DNA of 64,000 nt from a virus (lineage: Duplodnaviria > Caudoviricetes). Location: IMG/VR virus record IMGVR_UViG_3300021387_000994, positions 1-64,000 of that record; one strand, 5' to 3'. Shown piece by piece: positions 42,877 to 52,771 of this stretch. The stretch's first letter is position 1, and the number at the start of each line of letters is the position of its first letter. The notes under the pieces are model-generated. The model was not told where the DNA came from. It ran no database searches and worked only from the letters and a program-made list of their open reading frames with translations. Position numbers and translations under genes: made by a program.

Positions 42877-43047
42877 ATGGGATGCAACTGTAACAAAAAC
42901 GATTCTATACCACTTTCAGTTAAGAAGGAAAAAAGAAGAAAACTGAAAGAAAAAATATCAGATATAAAACAACTTTGGAAAGAAAGTGAGACAACTGGAT
43001 TGTCTGGTAGTGCTACCGTAACAAAAGACGAATTAGGATTTAAATAA
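42877..43047 (+). CDS. small basic 56-aa protein (MGCNCNK...), below the ORF-track cutoff
   Basis: Intact ORF 4 nt after CATAAATA 42865-42872, ending 12 nt before the next gene. Confidence 0.6.
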   Translation: MGCNCNKNDSIPLSVKKEKRRKLKEKISDIKQLWKESETTGLSGSATVTKDELGFK

Positions 43048-43059
43048 AGGAATAAAAAA

Positions 43060-44010
43060 ATGCAACAAATAAAATCATTCGACGAATTTATAAACAACGT
43101 CACAGAATCTAAAACCGATTCAAAAAAAGAAATCGCTGGATTCAAGGAGGCAATTGAAATTGTAGGTCTCGGAACAATCAAGGCAAAACTTGATACCGGA
43201 AACACAACAAAATACAACGCTCTAATAGTTCAAGACTATTTCGAAAAAGATGGAAAAGTAAAATTTAATTTCAACGGTAAGGACTTGGAGTATGATGTCG
43301 AGAAACATGTAAGAATATGGCACCACGGAAAATCAACTGAACGTCCAATTATCAAAGTTGATTTGATTTTCAATGGAAAAAAGTACAAAGACGAACTCAT
43401 TGATTTAAAAATTTCAGATTTGACCGGTACAAAGAACTATAGATGTCGTATGTTGATATGTAAAAAATTTATGGAAGAGGCAAATATTATCATAGACCCG
43501 TCCAAAGAATTTAACATCACTAAAAAACATCAAATTGACAAACCAAGAAAAAAGAAAGTCAATGAATCAAAAGATAGTGAAAACCAAGTAATAATGAGTA
43601 CAAACAAAAACTTGGACGCTACTGACATTGATTTCATACTCGGTGGAAAAACCATTGGTGGTGCAATTCTGACAAATCAATATATTGATGGAATAATAAG
43701 TGAATATAAAGACTCTGTGGATGATTTCGACGAAAGCATATTCAGAAAATTTGACGACAATGAAAAACTATATAACCTTGAAGACTTTTGGATAAACAGA
43801 GAATATCGAGGAAAAGGTTATTCAAAATTGTGTCTAGAAAAATTGATGGAAAAATATGGTGATAAACAAATGGTATTGAGAGCGTTTCCTGATGGTGGAG
43901 TAGATGAAGACACTCTTGTGAAGATATATAGCAGATATGGTTTTGTAGTGCTTCAACCAACAAAATCTGATGGAACGATAATGGGTAAATATAAAAATAA
44001 AAAAGAGTGA
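43060..44010 (+). CDS. RimK-associated retropepsin-like (RimB / 'ATP-dependent Zn protease' family) domain fused to a GNAT acetyltransferase
   Basis: AKLDTGN, RPIIKVDL, MLICKKFM..IIDPS; C-terminal INREYRGKGYS, LVKIYSRYGF. Confidence 0.8.
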   Translation: MQQIKSFDEFINNVTESKTDSKKEIAGFKEAIEIVGLGTIKAKLDTGNTTKYNALIVQDYFEKDGKVKFNFNGKDLEYDVEKHVRIWHHGKSTERPIIKVDLIFNGKKYKDELIDLKISDLTGTKNYRCRMLICKKFMEEANIIIDPSKEFNITKKHQIDKPRKKKVNESKDSENQVIMSTNKNLDATDIDFILGGKTIGGAILTNQYIDGIISEYKDSVDDFDESIFRKFDDNEKLYNLEDFWINREYRGKGYSKLCLEKLMEKYGDKQMVLRAFPDGGVDEDTLVKIYSRYGFVVLQPTKSDGTIMGKYKNKKE

Positions 44011-44045
44011 GGTTTTCCCCACTCTTTTTTTTTATTTTACTCTTC

Positions 44046-44765
44046 TTATTCACATTCATCACTCCAATCACAATCAAGTGCTTCATTAATATAAGTAAAT
44101 GTTGAAAAATCAGCAAATTTACTCTCTGATACATGAGTTGGTGTAAATTTAGCATGTTCATCGATAACACCCAAAAATCTTTCTTCTGCAAAACATCTGA
44201 ATGACATCTTTTCTATATCAAAATAGGTGACAAAACCTTCTCTTGCAGGTCTTTTTGTTCCAGAAGATGAAGTTGATGGACCAAGTACTCTTGCAATTAT
44301 ATCTCTATTTCTTGTTCCGTATGCAACTCTTATTGAACCATCCTTTTTCTCAAATTTAAACGAGACAATATCTGCTCTTAGCATTTCTATAAATGTTGAA
44401 ATTGGAACCATTTTTGGTTTTACTGCCATTGTAGTAGTTTTGATTTCACCAGTAGGAGTCTCAACAACACCCTTTGACACCCTAATCTCACCACTAGGAA
44501 GTTCAACGACACCTTCCGGTGTATCAATTTCTTCTTTGGTTTCTTCGGTTTTTGTTGTCTCTGGATTATCACTTTCCCAGTTATACCCCTCTTTAATCAA
44601 TTTGTCCCATAATTTATCGAAATAACTATATGCTTCAGACGATGCTTCGGATGGCCATGTTCTTCTAACATCATCCAAATTCATCAATACAGTATTGAAT
44701 GGATTTTCTTCACGGAATCCCTCTGTAGAACCGTCCCATGATTCATTTACTTTTTTCATAAACAT
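44046..44765 (-). CDS. WYL_2/SH3-barrel (DUF2693-like) domain protein
   Basis: VSFKFEKKDGSIRVAYGT...TYFDIEKMSFRCF; late promoter 44780-44787. Confidence 0.7.
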   Translation of the reverse strand: MFMKKVNESWDGSTEGFREENPFNTVLMNLDDVRRTWPSEASSEAYSYFDKLWDKLIKEGYNWESDNPETTKTEETKEEIDTPEGVVELPSGEIRVSKGVVETPTGEIKTTTMAVKPKMVPISTFIEMLRADIVSFKFEKKDGSIRVAYGTRNRDIIARVLGPSTSSSGTKRPAREGFVTYFDIEKMSFRCFAEERFLGVIDEHAKFTPTHVSESKFADFSTFTYINEALDCDWSDECE

Positions 44766-44778
44766 TTTAAATTATATA

Positions 44779-45606
44779 TTATTTATGAAAAATAATGTTA
44801 TTCATTATATTGTCACTTAATTTTTGAATATATCTAATTTCATATGAACCGTCGTCTTTCAACCAGATAAGTCTTCTGTCGATGATTTTCAAACCGACAC
44901 TTTCAAACATTTTCTGATATAAATTGAACTGAAGTGTATAATGTGACAACGCCGTGTCTTGAAAATCACCCATAGGTGGTTTCATTCTGATATCGTTTCT
45001 GACTGTGAAATCTTTTTCAAGTTCCTTGTTTGTTTTCCAGTCTCCTATAACAAAACCACTCTCTTCAGGAAATATTTGGTTTTCTTCATAGAAAAGAATA
45101 TCGGCTGTACCACATATCGGAAGTACATTATCCATATATTTTGTAGAAAGTTTAAACTCAGCACCAATCACATATAATCGTTTACATGGGTCGAAGTTCA
45201 TTTCATTGTAGAATTTCACAATAGCTTCCTCTTTCGGATATGTCGGAAGAAGGACTTTGTATTCTTCATCCCATTGTTTCTTGTTTGATTCACAGATAAG
45301 TTCAGGATGACCAGCCATAACATTTGTATAACTCTCTCCAAACTCATGTGTCCTAGAACCAGATATTGTTGATTTACGATTCAACAACCTCCAATTTCTT
45401 AAAACATCATATTGTGTCAAACCAACTTTCTCTGCATATGCTCTCGATTTTGCATCCTCATCAAATGGTTGCTCATATTTCTTGATGATATTGGAAACTG
45501 GAGTGTACTCTTTTTTGTCGATGAAATATTGATGACTCTCTTCAATGAAATTGATGTCACCAAATTTTTCATTCAACAACTCTCTTGTTTCTTCTATAAT
45601 TTTCAT
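44779..45606 (-). CDS. PD-(D/E)XK exonuclease (Cas4/RecB-like phage family)
   Basis: FIEESHQY, GSRTH, E...ICGTADILF, IGDWKTNK, HYTLQFNLY. Confidence 0.8.
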   Translation of the reverse strand: MKIIEETRELLNEKFGDINFIEESHQYFIDKKEYTPVSNIIKKYEQPFDEDAKSRAYAEKVGLTQYDVLRNWRLLNRKSTISGSRTHEFGESYTNVMAGHPELICESNKKQWDEEYKVLLPTYPKEEAIVKFYNEMNFDPCKRLYVIGAEFKLSTKYMDNVLPICGTADILFYEENQIFPEESGFVIGDWKTNKELEKDFTVRNDIRMKPPMGDFQDTALSHYTLQFNLYQKMFESVGLKIIDRRLIWLKDDGSYEIRYIQKLSDNIMNNIIFHK

Positions 45607-45881
45607 ATTTTTCCTATTACCATTTCTTTACTTATAACAACATATTCAATATCATCCACTTTGATGTATAACCCACCCATATCACAGAAAGCGATATGGT
45701 CTCCGACATGATATTCATCATTAGGAACACCAATGCTGTCTATTATACCGGTATATGGTGGTGGAATTTCCATTATATTTTCAGATTTCAATGGTTCTGG
45801 AAGGATTATCCCACCTGCAGATTTATATTCGCCATGGTCTTTAATAACCATCATTACATCATTTACTGCAACAAGTCTCAT
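45603..45881 (-). CDS. groES: co-chaperonin GroES (gp31-like)
   Basis: KSAGGIILP, VGDHIAF, EYVVISKEMVIG. Confidence 0.85.
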   Translation of the reverse strand: MRLVAVNDVMMVIKDHGEYKSAGGIILPEPLKSENIMEIPPPYTGIIDSIGVPNDEYHVGDHIAFCDMGGLYIKVDDIEYVVISKEMVIGKI

Positions 45882-46930
45882 AGTTTTTCTTTATAGTTTG
45901 TATATAATTCCATCACTGTGTCGAATCTCTTTCCCTCAACATCGTTGTCTTTAAGCCATTCCTCTATATATTGTTCTTGTGTCTTTTTGTCAACAGAATT
46001 TTCATCTTCATTCAACAATACAATATCTTCGTTATTTTCAGAATGTATGTTAAACTCTTTGAAGACTCCGTTCAACTCATTCATCAAATCATCAAACTTA
46101 CATTGTATGACATCATTTCCGTTAATGTGCAAATCAACAAAACAATTTTTCCACATATCCTTTAATTCACCAACAGTCTTATCAAGTATCTCATATATAG
46201 AAAATTTTTTAAATTTTGGTGAATATGTATTTTCAAAAAATGTTATTTCACCCGTCTTTACATCAAGTACGGTTATTCCGTTCATACCATCCATCTCACC
46301 ACGTGTCATCTGATACGGTGTTCCGACATAATGAACATTTTTCATATCTTGTTTCTTATGAATATGACCTGCATATACTACAGATTTCTTAAAATCTTTT
46401 GAGTCTATTGAATTACTTGACATTGACTTTATACCACTTTTGTTCAATTGACAACCGGCAACATCTAAATGTCCAAAGATATAATCGACATCGACTGACT
46501 CCAATAATTTTCTCTCGCTTTCTAATTCGTTAATCCAAGGGTTAAAAAGAACACTTTTTCCACTTATGACCTCAACCTCTGGTTTCTTATATACCGTAAC
46601 ATTTGGTATATTCTCCAACATTCTTATTGATGTGATGTCATTTGACGATTTATTGTAAATATCATGGTTTCCGACTATAATACGAATATCATCAAATATT
46701 TTAGACAAACTATTGAATATATCAATCGTTCTGCACATCGTATTAAGACCGACTGTACTTCTATTATCAAATACATCACCAAGATGGACAAGTATATCAC
46801 CGTCCTTATGTTCTTTCTTCATCAAAGGTATAACGACATCATTGAAATATCCTGTAAAATCGTTTAACCAATTCTCATTGTCGTTTTTCACACCAAAATG
46901 TGTGTCTGCTAAAAACCATATTCTACTCAT
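45878..46930 (-). CDS. gp47: recombination nuclease subunit (T4 gp47/SbcD/Mre11)
   Basis: ADTHFG, LGDVFDNR, VGNHD, FGHL, AGHIH, YVGTPYQ; likely start 46930. Confidence 0.92.
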   Translation of the reverse strand: MSRIWFLADTHFGVKNDNENWLNDFTGYFNDVVIPLMKKEHKDGDILVHLGDVFDNRSTVGLNTMCRTIDIFNSLSKIFDDIRIIVGNHDIYNKSSNDITSIRMLENIPNVTVYKKPEVEVISGKSVLFNPWINELESERKLLESVDVDYIFGHLDVAGCQLNKSGIKSMSSNSIDSKDFKKSVVYAGHIHKKQDMKNVHYVGTPYQMTRGEMDGMNGITVLDVKTGEITFFENTYSPKFKKFSIYEILDKTVGELKDMWKNCFVDLHINGNDVIQCKFDDLMNELNGVFKEFNIHSENNEDIVLLNEDENSVDKKTQEQYIEEWLKDNDVEGKRFDTVMELYTNYKEKL

Positions 46931-47010
46931 ATTTAAAATATAACAAAAATAAAAAAGGTGTGATTCTTTTTTCACACCTTTCTAAAAAAACAATATGAAC
47001 TTTTACGATA

Positions 47011-47892
47011 TTAAGAAAACATAATTGGACCAATGACAACACTTGTTTTTACACAATTTTCTTCATCAAACGAAGAGAACTTAATTCTGTTACTATGAAA
47101 CTCAATAGTATACATCTTGTCATTGTCAATATACGAAAAATGCTGCTTATTGAAGCAACCAAGGAACGAATCACTTCCACTGAAGTTTTCATAACCAATA
47201 TTGGTTAATCTTTTGTTATATACCTTTTCATAATTTACAAACTCCTTAAATGCATCTTCATCACCTTCACGATAACGATTGATGATTTCGTTTATCTCGG
47301 AACGAACATTTTCGTCGGTAGGTTCAATCTCGGAAACAAACACATCATCACCATTTTTATAGAAGAATACACGAGCAAACTCCTTATATAGACTGAAAAG
47401 GTTTTGTATATACTTAAACTCATTCTCATTGATATCAATAGAGAACTGTAAATTTGACGTATTGTCGAAAACGTTTTTCTTTTTGTCTTCCTCCATTGTA
47501 AGGAAATCAACAGCCTCTGGGTCTGCACAAACAACATTCAACTCGAATCCGTCTGTGTGAATTGACATCTTCTTTGCAAAGTTGTTGTCCTCAACATAGA
47601 ATGTGATATTGACATTTTCGGAGCCAATGAGTGGAAGGGCGGAGATAATCTTACTAGCATCACTAAACTGAATCTTCACACACTCATCATCACACTCGTT
47701 TTCATAACTTTCACAAATCTTTTCTAAATCTGACTCAACAGCCTTGACGGCGGTTTTTTGTTTGTTATAGGCAATAGATTCATACTCACTACCCCTAACT
47801 GTGACGAACATCATTCTGTCCATACTCGAACTTCTCTTGACGAGATTAAGGAAACGCTTGGTCTCCACATTTTTTAATGAAATCTTTCTCAT
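47011..47892 (-). CDS. probable DNA sliding clamp (gp45-like)
   Basis: Acidic 293-aa beta/alpha protein next to gp47; no decisive motif. Confidence 0.4.
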   Translation of the reverse strand: MRKISLKNVETKRFLNLVKRSSSMDRMMFVTVRGSEYESIAYNKQKTAVKAVESDLEKICESYENECDDECVKIQFSDASKIISALPLIGSENVNITFYVEDNNFAKKMSIHTDGFELNVVCADPEAVDFLTMEEDKKKNVFDNTSNLQFSIDINENEFKYIQNLFSLYKEFARVFFYKNGDDVFVSEIEPTDENVRSEINEIINRYREGDEDAFKEFVNYEKVYNKRLTNIGYENFSGSDSFLGCFNKQHFSYIDNDKMYTIEFHSNRIKFSSFDEENCVKTSVVIGPIMFS

Positions 47893-48052
47893 AAAATAAA
47901 ACTGAATTAAAAATTAACTTCTTGAATTAAATATAACAAAAAATTACAACAATTGTAACATTTTTTTTCATTTTTTTCAATAATTGTGATACAATTCTCG
48001 TTATATTCTAACATATACTAAATATAACAAAAAAGGATAAACCTCCTTTTAA

Positions 48053-48919
48053 TTACCACAAACCATTATCATAATTTAAGTAAAGACTCTCATATACAAT
48101 TGCATTTTTATCTTTACCGATTGTTCTCTTGAAAGATGAGTTTCCACTTTTAATATAAAGATGTCTTCTATAACAGTTTTCGGGAACGGAATATGTATTG
48201 TCAATATCTCCGGATTTCCCATTAAATGAAAGTGCAAACTTCACATTCTTTTTTGAAACATCTTCAAGGAAAACAAAAAAAGACTTGAAGTTTATCCCTC
48301 CGAAATAATACATTCCCTTTGTGTTGAAATACGGTGGGTCCATATAAATGAAATCACCTTTCTTTATCTCACCGAGTATTTCTTCATAGGAACGATGTAC
48401 AAACTCGACGTTGTTTTTTCTCAATTTGTCACTCCACTCATTTAATATGGGTTTCAACAATTCTGGTTTTATTCCATTTCTTGTTATGTGAAAACTATTG
48501 TTGAACTCACCCATCTGATTATATCTCGGCATACCGTTTGTGGTTGTTCTCATTATGAAGAAAAACACAAGTGGGTCGTGGTTCTCGTTGTATATCTTCC
48601 TTTGTTCCTCAAAAAATTTCCTCTTACGGTCTATATCGTTGTCTTTGTTCAACTCTTCCCACAATTTCACATAAGACTCATATATCTCATCCGGTGAATG
48701 CTTTACTTTTTTCCACAATTCAATAAGGTCTTGGTTTATGTCAGAACACACATATCTCTTCACAAATATTCCAGAGTTAATCAAACCCATAAGCATCGAA
48801 CAACCACCACAGAAAGGTTCGTAGTATGTGTCGATTGTCTGTGGGAAATACTGAAGTATTTCCTCACACTGACTTCTCTTGGAACCACTCCATTTTATAA
48901 CCGGTTGAAATTTCACCAT
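48053..48919 (-). CDS. dam: DNA adenine methyltransferase (second Dam paralog)
   Basis: IKWSGSKR, YYEPFCGG, IYMDPPY; clearly paralogous to 33818..34657. Confidence 0.9.
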   Translation of the reverse strand: MVKFQPVIKWSGSKRSQCEEILQYFPQTIDTYYEPFCGGCSMLMGLINSGIFVKRYVCSDINQDLIELWKKVKHSPDEIYESYVKLWEELNKDNDIDRKRKFFEEQRKIYNENHDPLVFFFIMRTTTNGMPRYNQMGEFNNSFHITRNGIKPELLKPILNEWSDKLRKNNVEFVHRSYEEILGEIKKGDFIYMDPPYFNTKGMYYFGGINFKSFFVFLEDVSKKNVKFALSFNGKSGDIDNTYSVPENCYRRHLYIKSGNSSFKRTIGKDKNAIVYESLYLNYDNGLW

Positions 48920-48964
48920 TCTAAAAAAGTTTTATTGTATTTTTCACTGTCCCAACAGTCACCA

Positions 48965-49204
48965 TTAAATAACCTCGTACTCACCATTCAAATATAAGTA
49001 TTCTACTTTACATTTTTCACAAGTTTCCCATTTAAGCCATTCGAGTGCATTTTCAAGCGTGTCAAATTCAACATAGTCACTCCATTCACCGATATGTCCA
49101 AAATAATGCCACCAACTCCACCAATGCTTATGTTGTGGGAAATAAGTAACCGAAATCTTTCCGTCGATTCCCTTTGATTCTACTTTCTTAATTCTATATT
49201 TCAT
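48965..49204 (-). CDS. hypothetical protein
   Basis: MKYRI...PQHKHWWSWW small phage protein. Confidence 0.55.
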   Translation of the reverse strand: MKYRIKKVESKGIDGKISVTYFPQHKHWWSWWHYFGHIGEWSDYVEFDTLENALEWLKWETCEKCKVEYLYLNGEYEVI

Positions 49205-49205
49205 C

Positions 49206-49952
49206 TTAAAACAATGTTTCGTTATTAAGTAATTCTATTATTCTAACATTTGCAATCTTGAAATATTTCTCCTCAATCTCAAACCCTATGAATTTTCTGT
49301 TTGTATTGATGCAAGCGACAGCGGTCGTTCCACTACCCATACAGTTATCCAGCACCAATCCACCCTCCGGACAATATGACTTCACGAGAAATTCAATAAG
49401 TTCAACAGGTTTTTGGGTTGGATGTATCTGGTCCTGTCTTCTCCATTTCTGTGGAAAGTCCAAAACAGTAATTGGATGACGTGTTCCTTTGTTGTCGGTC
49501 TCGACACCTTTTATCCCATATCCAAGATTATTCACTTTGTTTGGAGTATACTTTCTTTTGTACGGAGTTCCTTTTGACATCTGTGGTTCATAGTAAGCAG
49601 CTGGTTCTCCAAACACAAGAACCATCTCATGTTTCTTTAACGGCATATACTTTGCCGTAAGAGGAGACCCACACTTCGATTTCTTCCAAACCATATCATA
49701 TCTGAAAAGTTTCTCATTTGAGAGGGCAAGTTTAAATGCAAAAAGACCGGAACCGAAAAGAATGATATTTCCTTTCGGTTTGATTATCCTCTCATATTGT
49801 CCCCACAACTTATCGACTGGGAGTTGAACATCCCAATTCATTGATGTTGATTGATAAGGTGGGTCACAAATGATACAGTCAACAGAATGGTCGTCAATCT
49901 TCTTCATCCCTTCAAGACAATCCTCGTTATATATTTTATTGATTTCTAACAT
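49206..49952 (-). CDS. N4-C/N6-A DNA methyltransferase (beta class)
   Basis: ICDPPY, HPTQKP, VLDNCMGSGTT. Confidence 0.92.
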   Translation of the reverse strand: MLEINKIYNEDCLEGMKKIDDHSVDCIICDPPYQSTSMNWDVQLPVDKLWGQYERIIKPKGNIILFGSGLFAFKLALSNEKLFRYDMVWKKSKCGSPLTAKYMPLKKHEMVLVFGEPAAYYEPQMSKGTPYKRKYTPNKVNNLGYGIKGVETDNKGTRHPITVLDFPQKWRRQDQIHPTQKPVELIEFLVKSYCPEGGLVLDNCMGSGTTAVACINTNRKFIGFEIEEKYFKIANVRIIELLNNETLF

Positions 49953-50043
49953 ATTAAAATACTTTTACTTCATATAGATTATATAATTTCATACACTAAA
50001 TATAACAAAAACAACTTTACATAAATAACATAAAAAAAAGATT

Positions 50044-50598
50044 ATGATTAAGAAATTTGAAGAATACGTCACAGAAAATATCAACTACGGATTCGGAAAA
50101 ATCAAGTTCGACGACAAAGAATCTGAATCACGATATAAAGAAATCAAAAAAGAAAAAGAGAAAAAAGAATTTGAGAAGTTAAAGAAATATGAAAAATACT
50201 TCGGAGAACTTGACGATAATGATGTCAAAAAAATAAACAAAGAAGACCTAAAAGATGTTTTGAATAATATTTTAAAATATTTGAAAACATTCAAAACTCC
50301 ACTTGAACGTTTTATCAAAGACGATGATAAAATAGGTGATGAATTTATGAATATGGCATTTAATATTCATAAATTGTATATTCCTGAAAGTATACGTCAA
50401 AACGGAAAAATAATTCCTAGTGAAATAAAAAAGACAGATATTTATAATGATATAAAGACATTTCACAAATATATTGTAAAAGATTTTATTGGAATAGAAG
50501 ACGTGTTAGAATCATCGGATAAAGAACACGATGACGTTGTGAAAACATTTTACAAATATTTGATGTTCGTTGACAGAGTGTATAATATATGGGATTAA
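50044..50598 (+). CDS. putative internal head protein
   Basis: N-terminus MIKKFEEYVTE; late promoter 50020-50027. Confidence 0.6.
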   Translation: MIKKFEEYVTENINYGFGKIKFDDKESESRYKEIKKEKEKKEFEKLKKYEKYFGELDDNDVKKINKEDLKDVLNNILKYLKTFKTPLERFIKDDDKIGDEFMNMAFNIHKLYIPESIRQNGKIIPSEIKKTDIYNDIKTFHKYIVKDFIGIEDVLESSDKEHDDVVKTFYKYLMFVDRVYNIWD

Positions 50599-50670
50599 GT
50601 CATATAATGACTGAATGATATGTTATATAAATCAAAATAAAAGGAGGTAAAAAGACCTCCTTTTTTATTT

Positions 50671-51348
50671 CTACCATAACGGAATGTCATCAGTCTTTCC
50701 ATCAAATCTTTCCATTTCTCCAGTGTCCCAGTTCATTATTTTAGCGGGAATTTCAGTTTCAGGAAGGCACATTGTCACACCGTCCATCCTGAAAAGGTTA
50801 TAAGAGACGATTTCTGCCCATTTTTCCACCTCTGTGGGGTCTTTACCGAACTTTGTGGTAAAACTCTCCACAACGGCAGAAAAAACGTTCATACGGGCAA
50901 GAAAAAGAGAATCTTCCTGCCACTCGTATCCATAAGTTGATTTAAGTGCAAGTTCCACCAATCGGTACCATTCTTTCTCATCGTCTGTGGTTATTCTCTG
51001 CAATTTTCTATCGAGAAGACCGACACGTTCAACAATCTTTATGGGTCTTCCACTTGAAGTGTCATACCTTGTTGTAAGAAACGGACCCTCACCACAAGTA
51101 ACTTCAAGTACACGTCTCTTTATATAATCTTCATCGGAACCATTGAAATCCTTATCAACAGAGTCATTCATTTTCTTGACAATCTCAACTGGAGTAAAAA
51201 CCTCCGCTTTCTCTTTCGTCCTTGCAGTCTGTACATCAACATTCTTTGAGTAACGTGGAACAACTTCATCTACATTTACATTGAGTTTTCCACTATTTGT
51301 GTGCTCTTCGAGTAGAATTTCCTTTATCTTAAAATCATTAATATACAT
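50671..51348 (-). CDS. N-terminal (AdoMet-binding) half of a gamma-class adenine methyltransferase
   Basis: KAEVFTP (motif X), VLEVTCGEGPFL (I), YGYEWQ (II), RMDG (III); no NPPY. Confidence 0.7.
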   Translation of the reverse strand: MYINDFKIKEILLEEHTNSGKLNVNVDEVVPRYSKNVDVQTARTKEKAEVFTPVEIVKKMNDSVDKDFNGSDEDYIKRRVLEVTCGEGPFLTTRYDTSSGRPIKIVERVGLLDRKLQRITTDDEKEWYRLVELALKSTYGYEWQEDSLFLARMNVFSAVVESFTTKFGKDPTEVEKWAEIVSYNLFRMDGVTMCLPETEIPAKIMNWDTGEMERFDGKTDDIPLW

Positions 51349-51408
51349 ATATTAAATATAACAAAACAACTTTTACATAAATAACATATATATAAAAAAA
51401 AAAGAAAC

Positions 51409-51619
51409 ATGATTAAAATTCAGTAGAACAAAAATTGAACCAAAATTATACAGTGGTATATTACAATACAGTGGTGAGGAAACCACAGGACAACTTATAG
51501 TGTTCAACAACAATATGTACATATTGTCGGATGAAAATATTTTTGAAGGCAACAACACAATTTTAATCGGTGCCGACGAAGAGACATTGGTAGACCCTAA
51601 CACAGTAAAAGAACTATAA
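51409..51619 (+). pseudogene. frameshifted small late gene (weak YopX-like resemblance)
   Basis: ATG ATT AAA A|TTC: a single-base shift in an A-run restores MIKFSRTK...LVDPNTVKEL; late promoter 51376-51383. Confidence 0.45.
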
Positions 51620-51667
51620 GTGATAAACTATAAAACATAAATAACATATATAAATAAAAAAAAAACT

Positions 51668-52141
51668 ATGATTAAGGATTTTGAAAATTTCATTAATGAA
51701 GAACATCAACACAGTAGTATTGATATGTTTCCAAAAATAAACCAAAAAGGTTTTGAAAGTATGTTAAAGAACATTATTCTTAGAAAGGATGATAATCTTT
51801 ATATACCAACACTTTTTATAGATAATCGTAACGGTAATCTTTCAAAATTAGAAGAACACAAGAAAGATATATTATTTATAGATATGGATAATGTTGATAC
51901 CGATAGTGAATTTAAACAAATTGAAAATGAAATAGAAAAAGAAAAAGAAAAAATAATTGTTTTTGTAGGAAATCTTGGTTTTGGAGATAGTAGGCTTTTT
52001 AATAGTTTTTCAAAACTTATTATGAAAACAATAAAAAATAAAAAAGTATATATTTTCATAGAATCGGAATTTAAAGATGTTCATAAACTTGAAAAAAGTA
52101 TGATATATAATTTCGCTATTCTAAATATAGAAAAAGAGTAG
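51668..52141 (+). CDS. putative internal head protein
   Basis: MIKDFENFINE; late promoter 51636-51643. Confidence 0.6.
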   Translation: MIKDFENFINEEHQHSSIDMFPKINQKGFESMLKNIILRKDDNLYIPTLFIDNRNGNLSKLEEHKKDILFIDMDNVDTDSEFKQIENEIEKEKEKIIVFVGNLGFGDSRLFNSFSKLIMKTIKNKKVYIFIESEFKDVHKLEKSMIYNFAILNIEKE

Positions 52142-52183
52142 GAATTGGTTACATAAATAACATATATATATAAAAAAAAATAT

Positions 52184-52738
52184 ATGGAAAATAGAATTAA
52201 AAAATTTGAAGAGTTCATAAAAGAGAGTTCTTACGGGAACGACCGTTTCACCTCTACGTTAACCGAAGAGTTCAATATAAAATCTAAAAATGAGATATCT
52301 GAACTTTTTAAGGCAATGTGTGATGAAAACAAGAAAAAAATAAAAACAATTTTGGGAAACAATGAAAATGTGGCTATTACAAACTGCAATGATAATTTTA
52401 TTGAGTATTTGAAACGTATGTACATATACGATAACCCAGATAATTTTTATTTTGTCGAAGATATTGAAAACCCAGAACAATTGGAAGATATTATTATAGA
52501 AAATATCGACAAAAACATCATAATATCAAAAGAGGTTTCTTCCAAAATGATAAAAGAATACAACTTTTACAGGATACTTGAAAACGAGTATGTGAGAGTT
52601 AAAGAAGAAACCGGAGAACGTAAGAATTTTGACAAAAAAATAGTTGTACTGTTTGAAGAATCTATGGATGAAATAAAAAGAATTTCACCAAAAAACTGGA
52701 GATACTTTTTTGCAAGAATATATTGCATTGAATTATAA
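52184..52738 (+). CDS. putative internal head protein
   Basis: MENRIKKFEEFIKE; late promoter 52152-52159. Confidence 0.6.
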   Translation: MENRIKKFEEFIKESSYGNDRFTSTLTEEFNIKSKNEISELFKAMCDENKKKIKTILGNNENVAITNCNDNFIEYLKRMYIYDNPDNFYFVEDIENPEQLEDIIIENIDKNIIISKEVSSKMIKEYNFYRILENEYVRVKEETGERKNFDKKIVVLFEESMDEIKRISPKNWRYFFARIYCIEL

Positions 52739-52771
52739 AAAACAAAAAGGAGGTAAAACGACCTCCTTTTT

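Noticed and set aside
41022-44010. Microviridin/graspetide RiPP cluster (ATP-grasp + peptide + GNAT)
   Set aside because: The ligase looks RimK-like with a RimB-type partner; the peptide lacks recognisable graspetide leader/core motifs; no transporter
50057-50071. 15-nt identity (TTGAAGAATACGTCA) with the start of the spacer region at 53893, suggesting self-targeting
   Set aside because: The match covers only half the spacer and includes the repeat's terminal T; compatible with chance in AT-rich DNA
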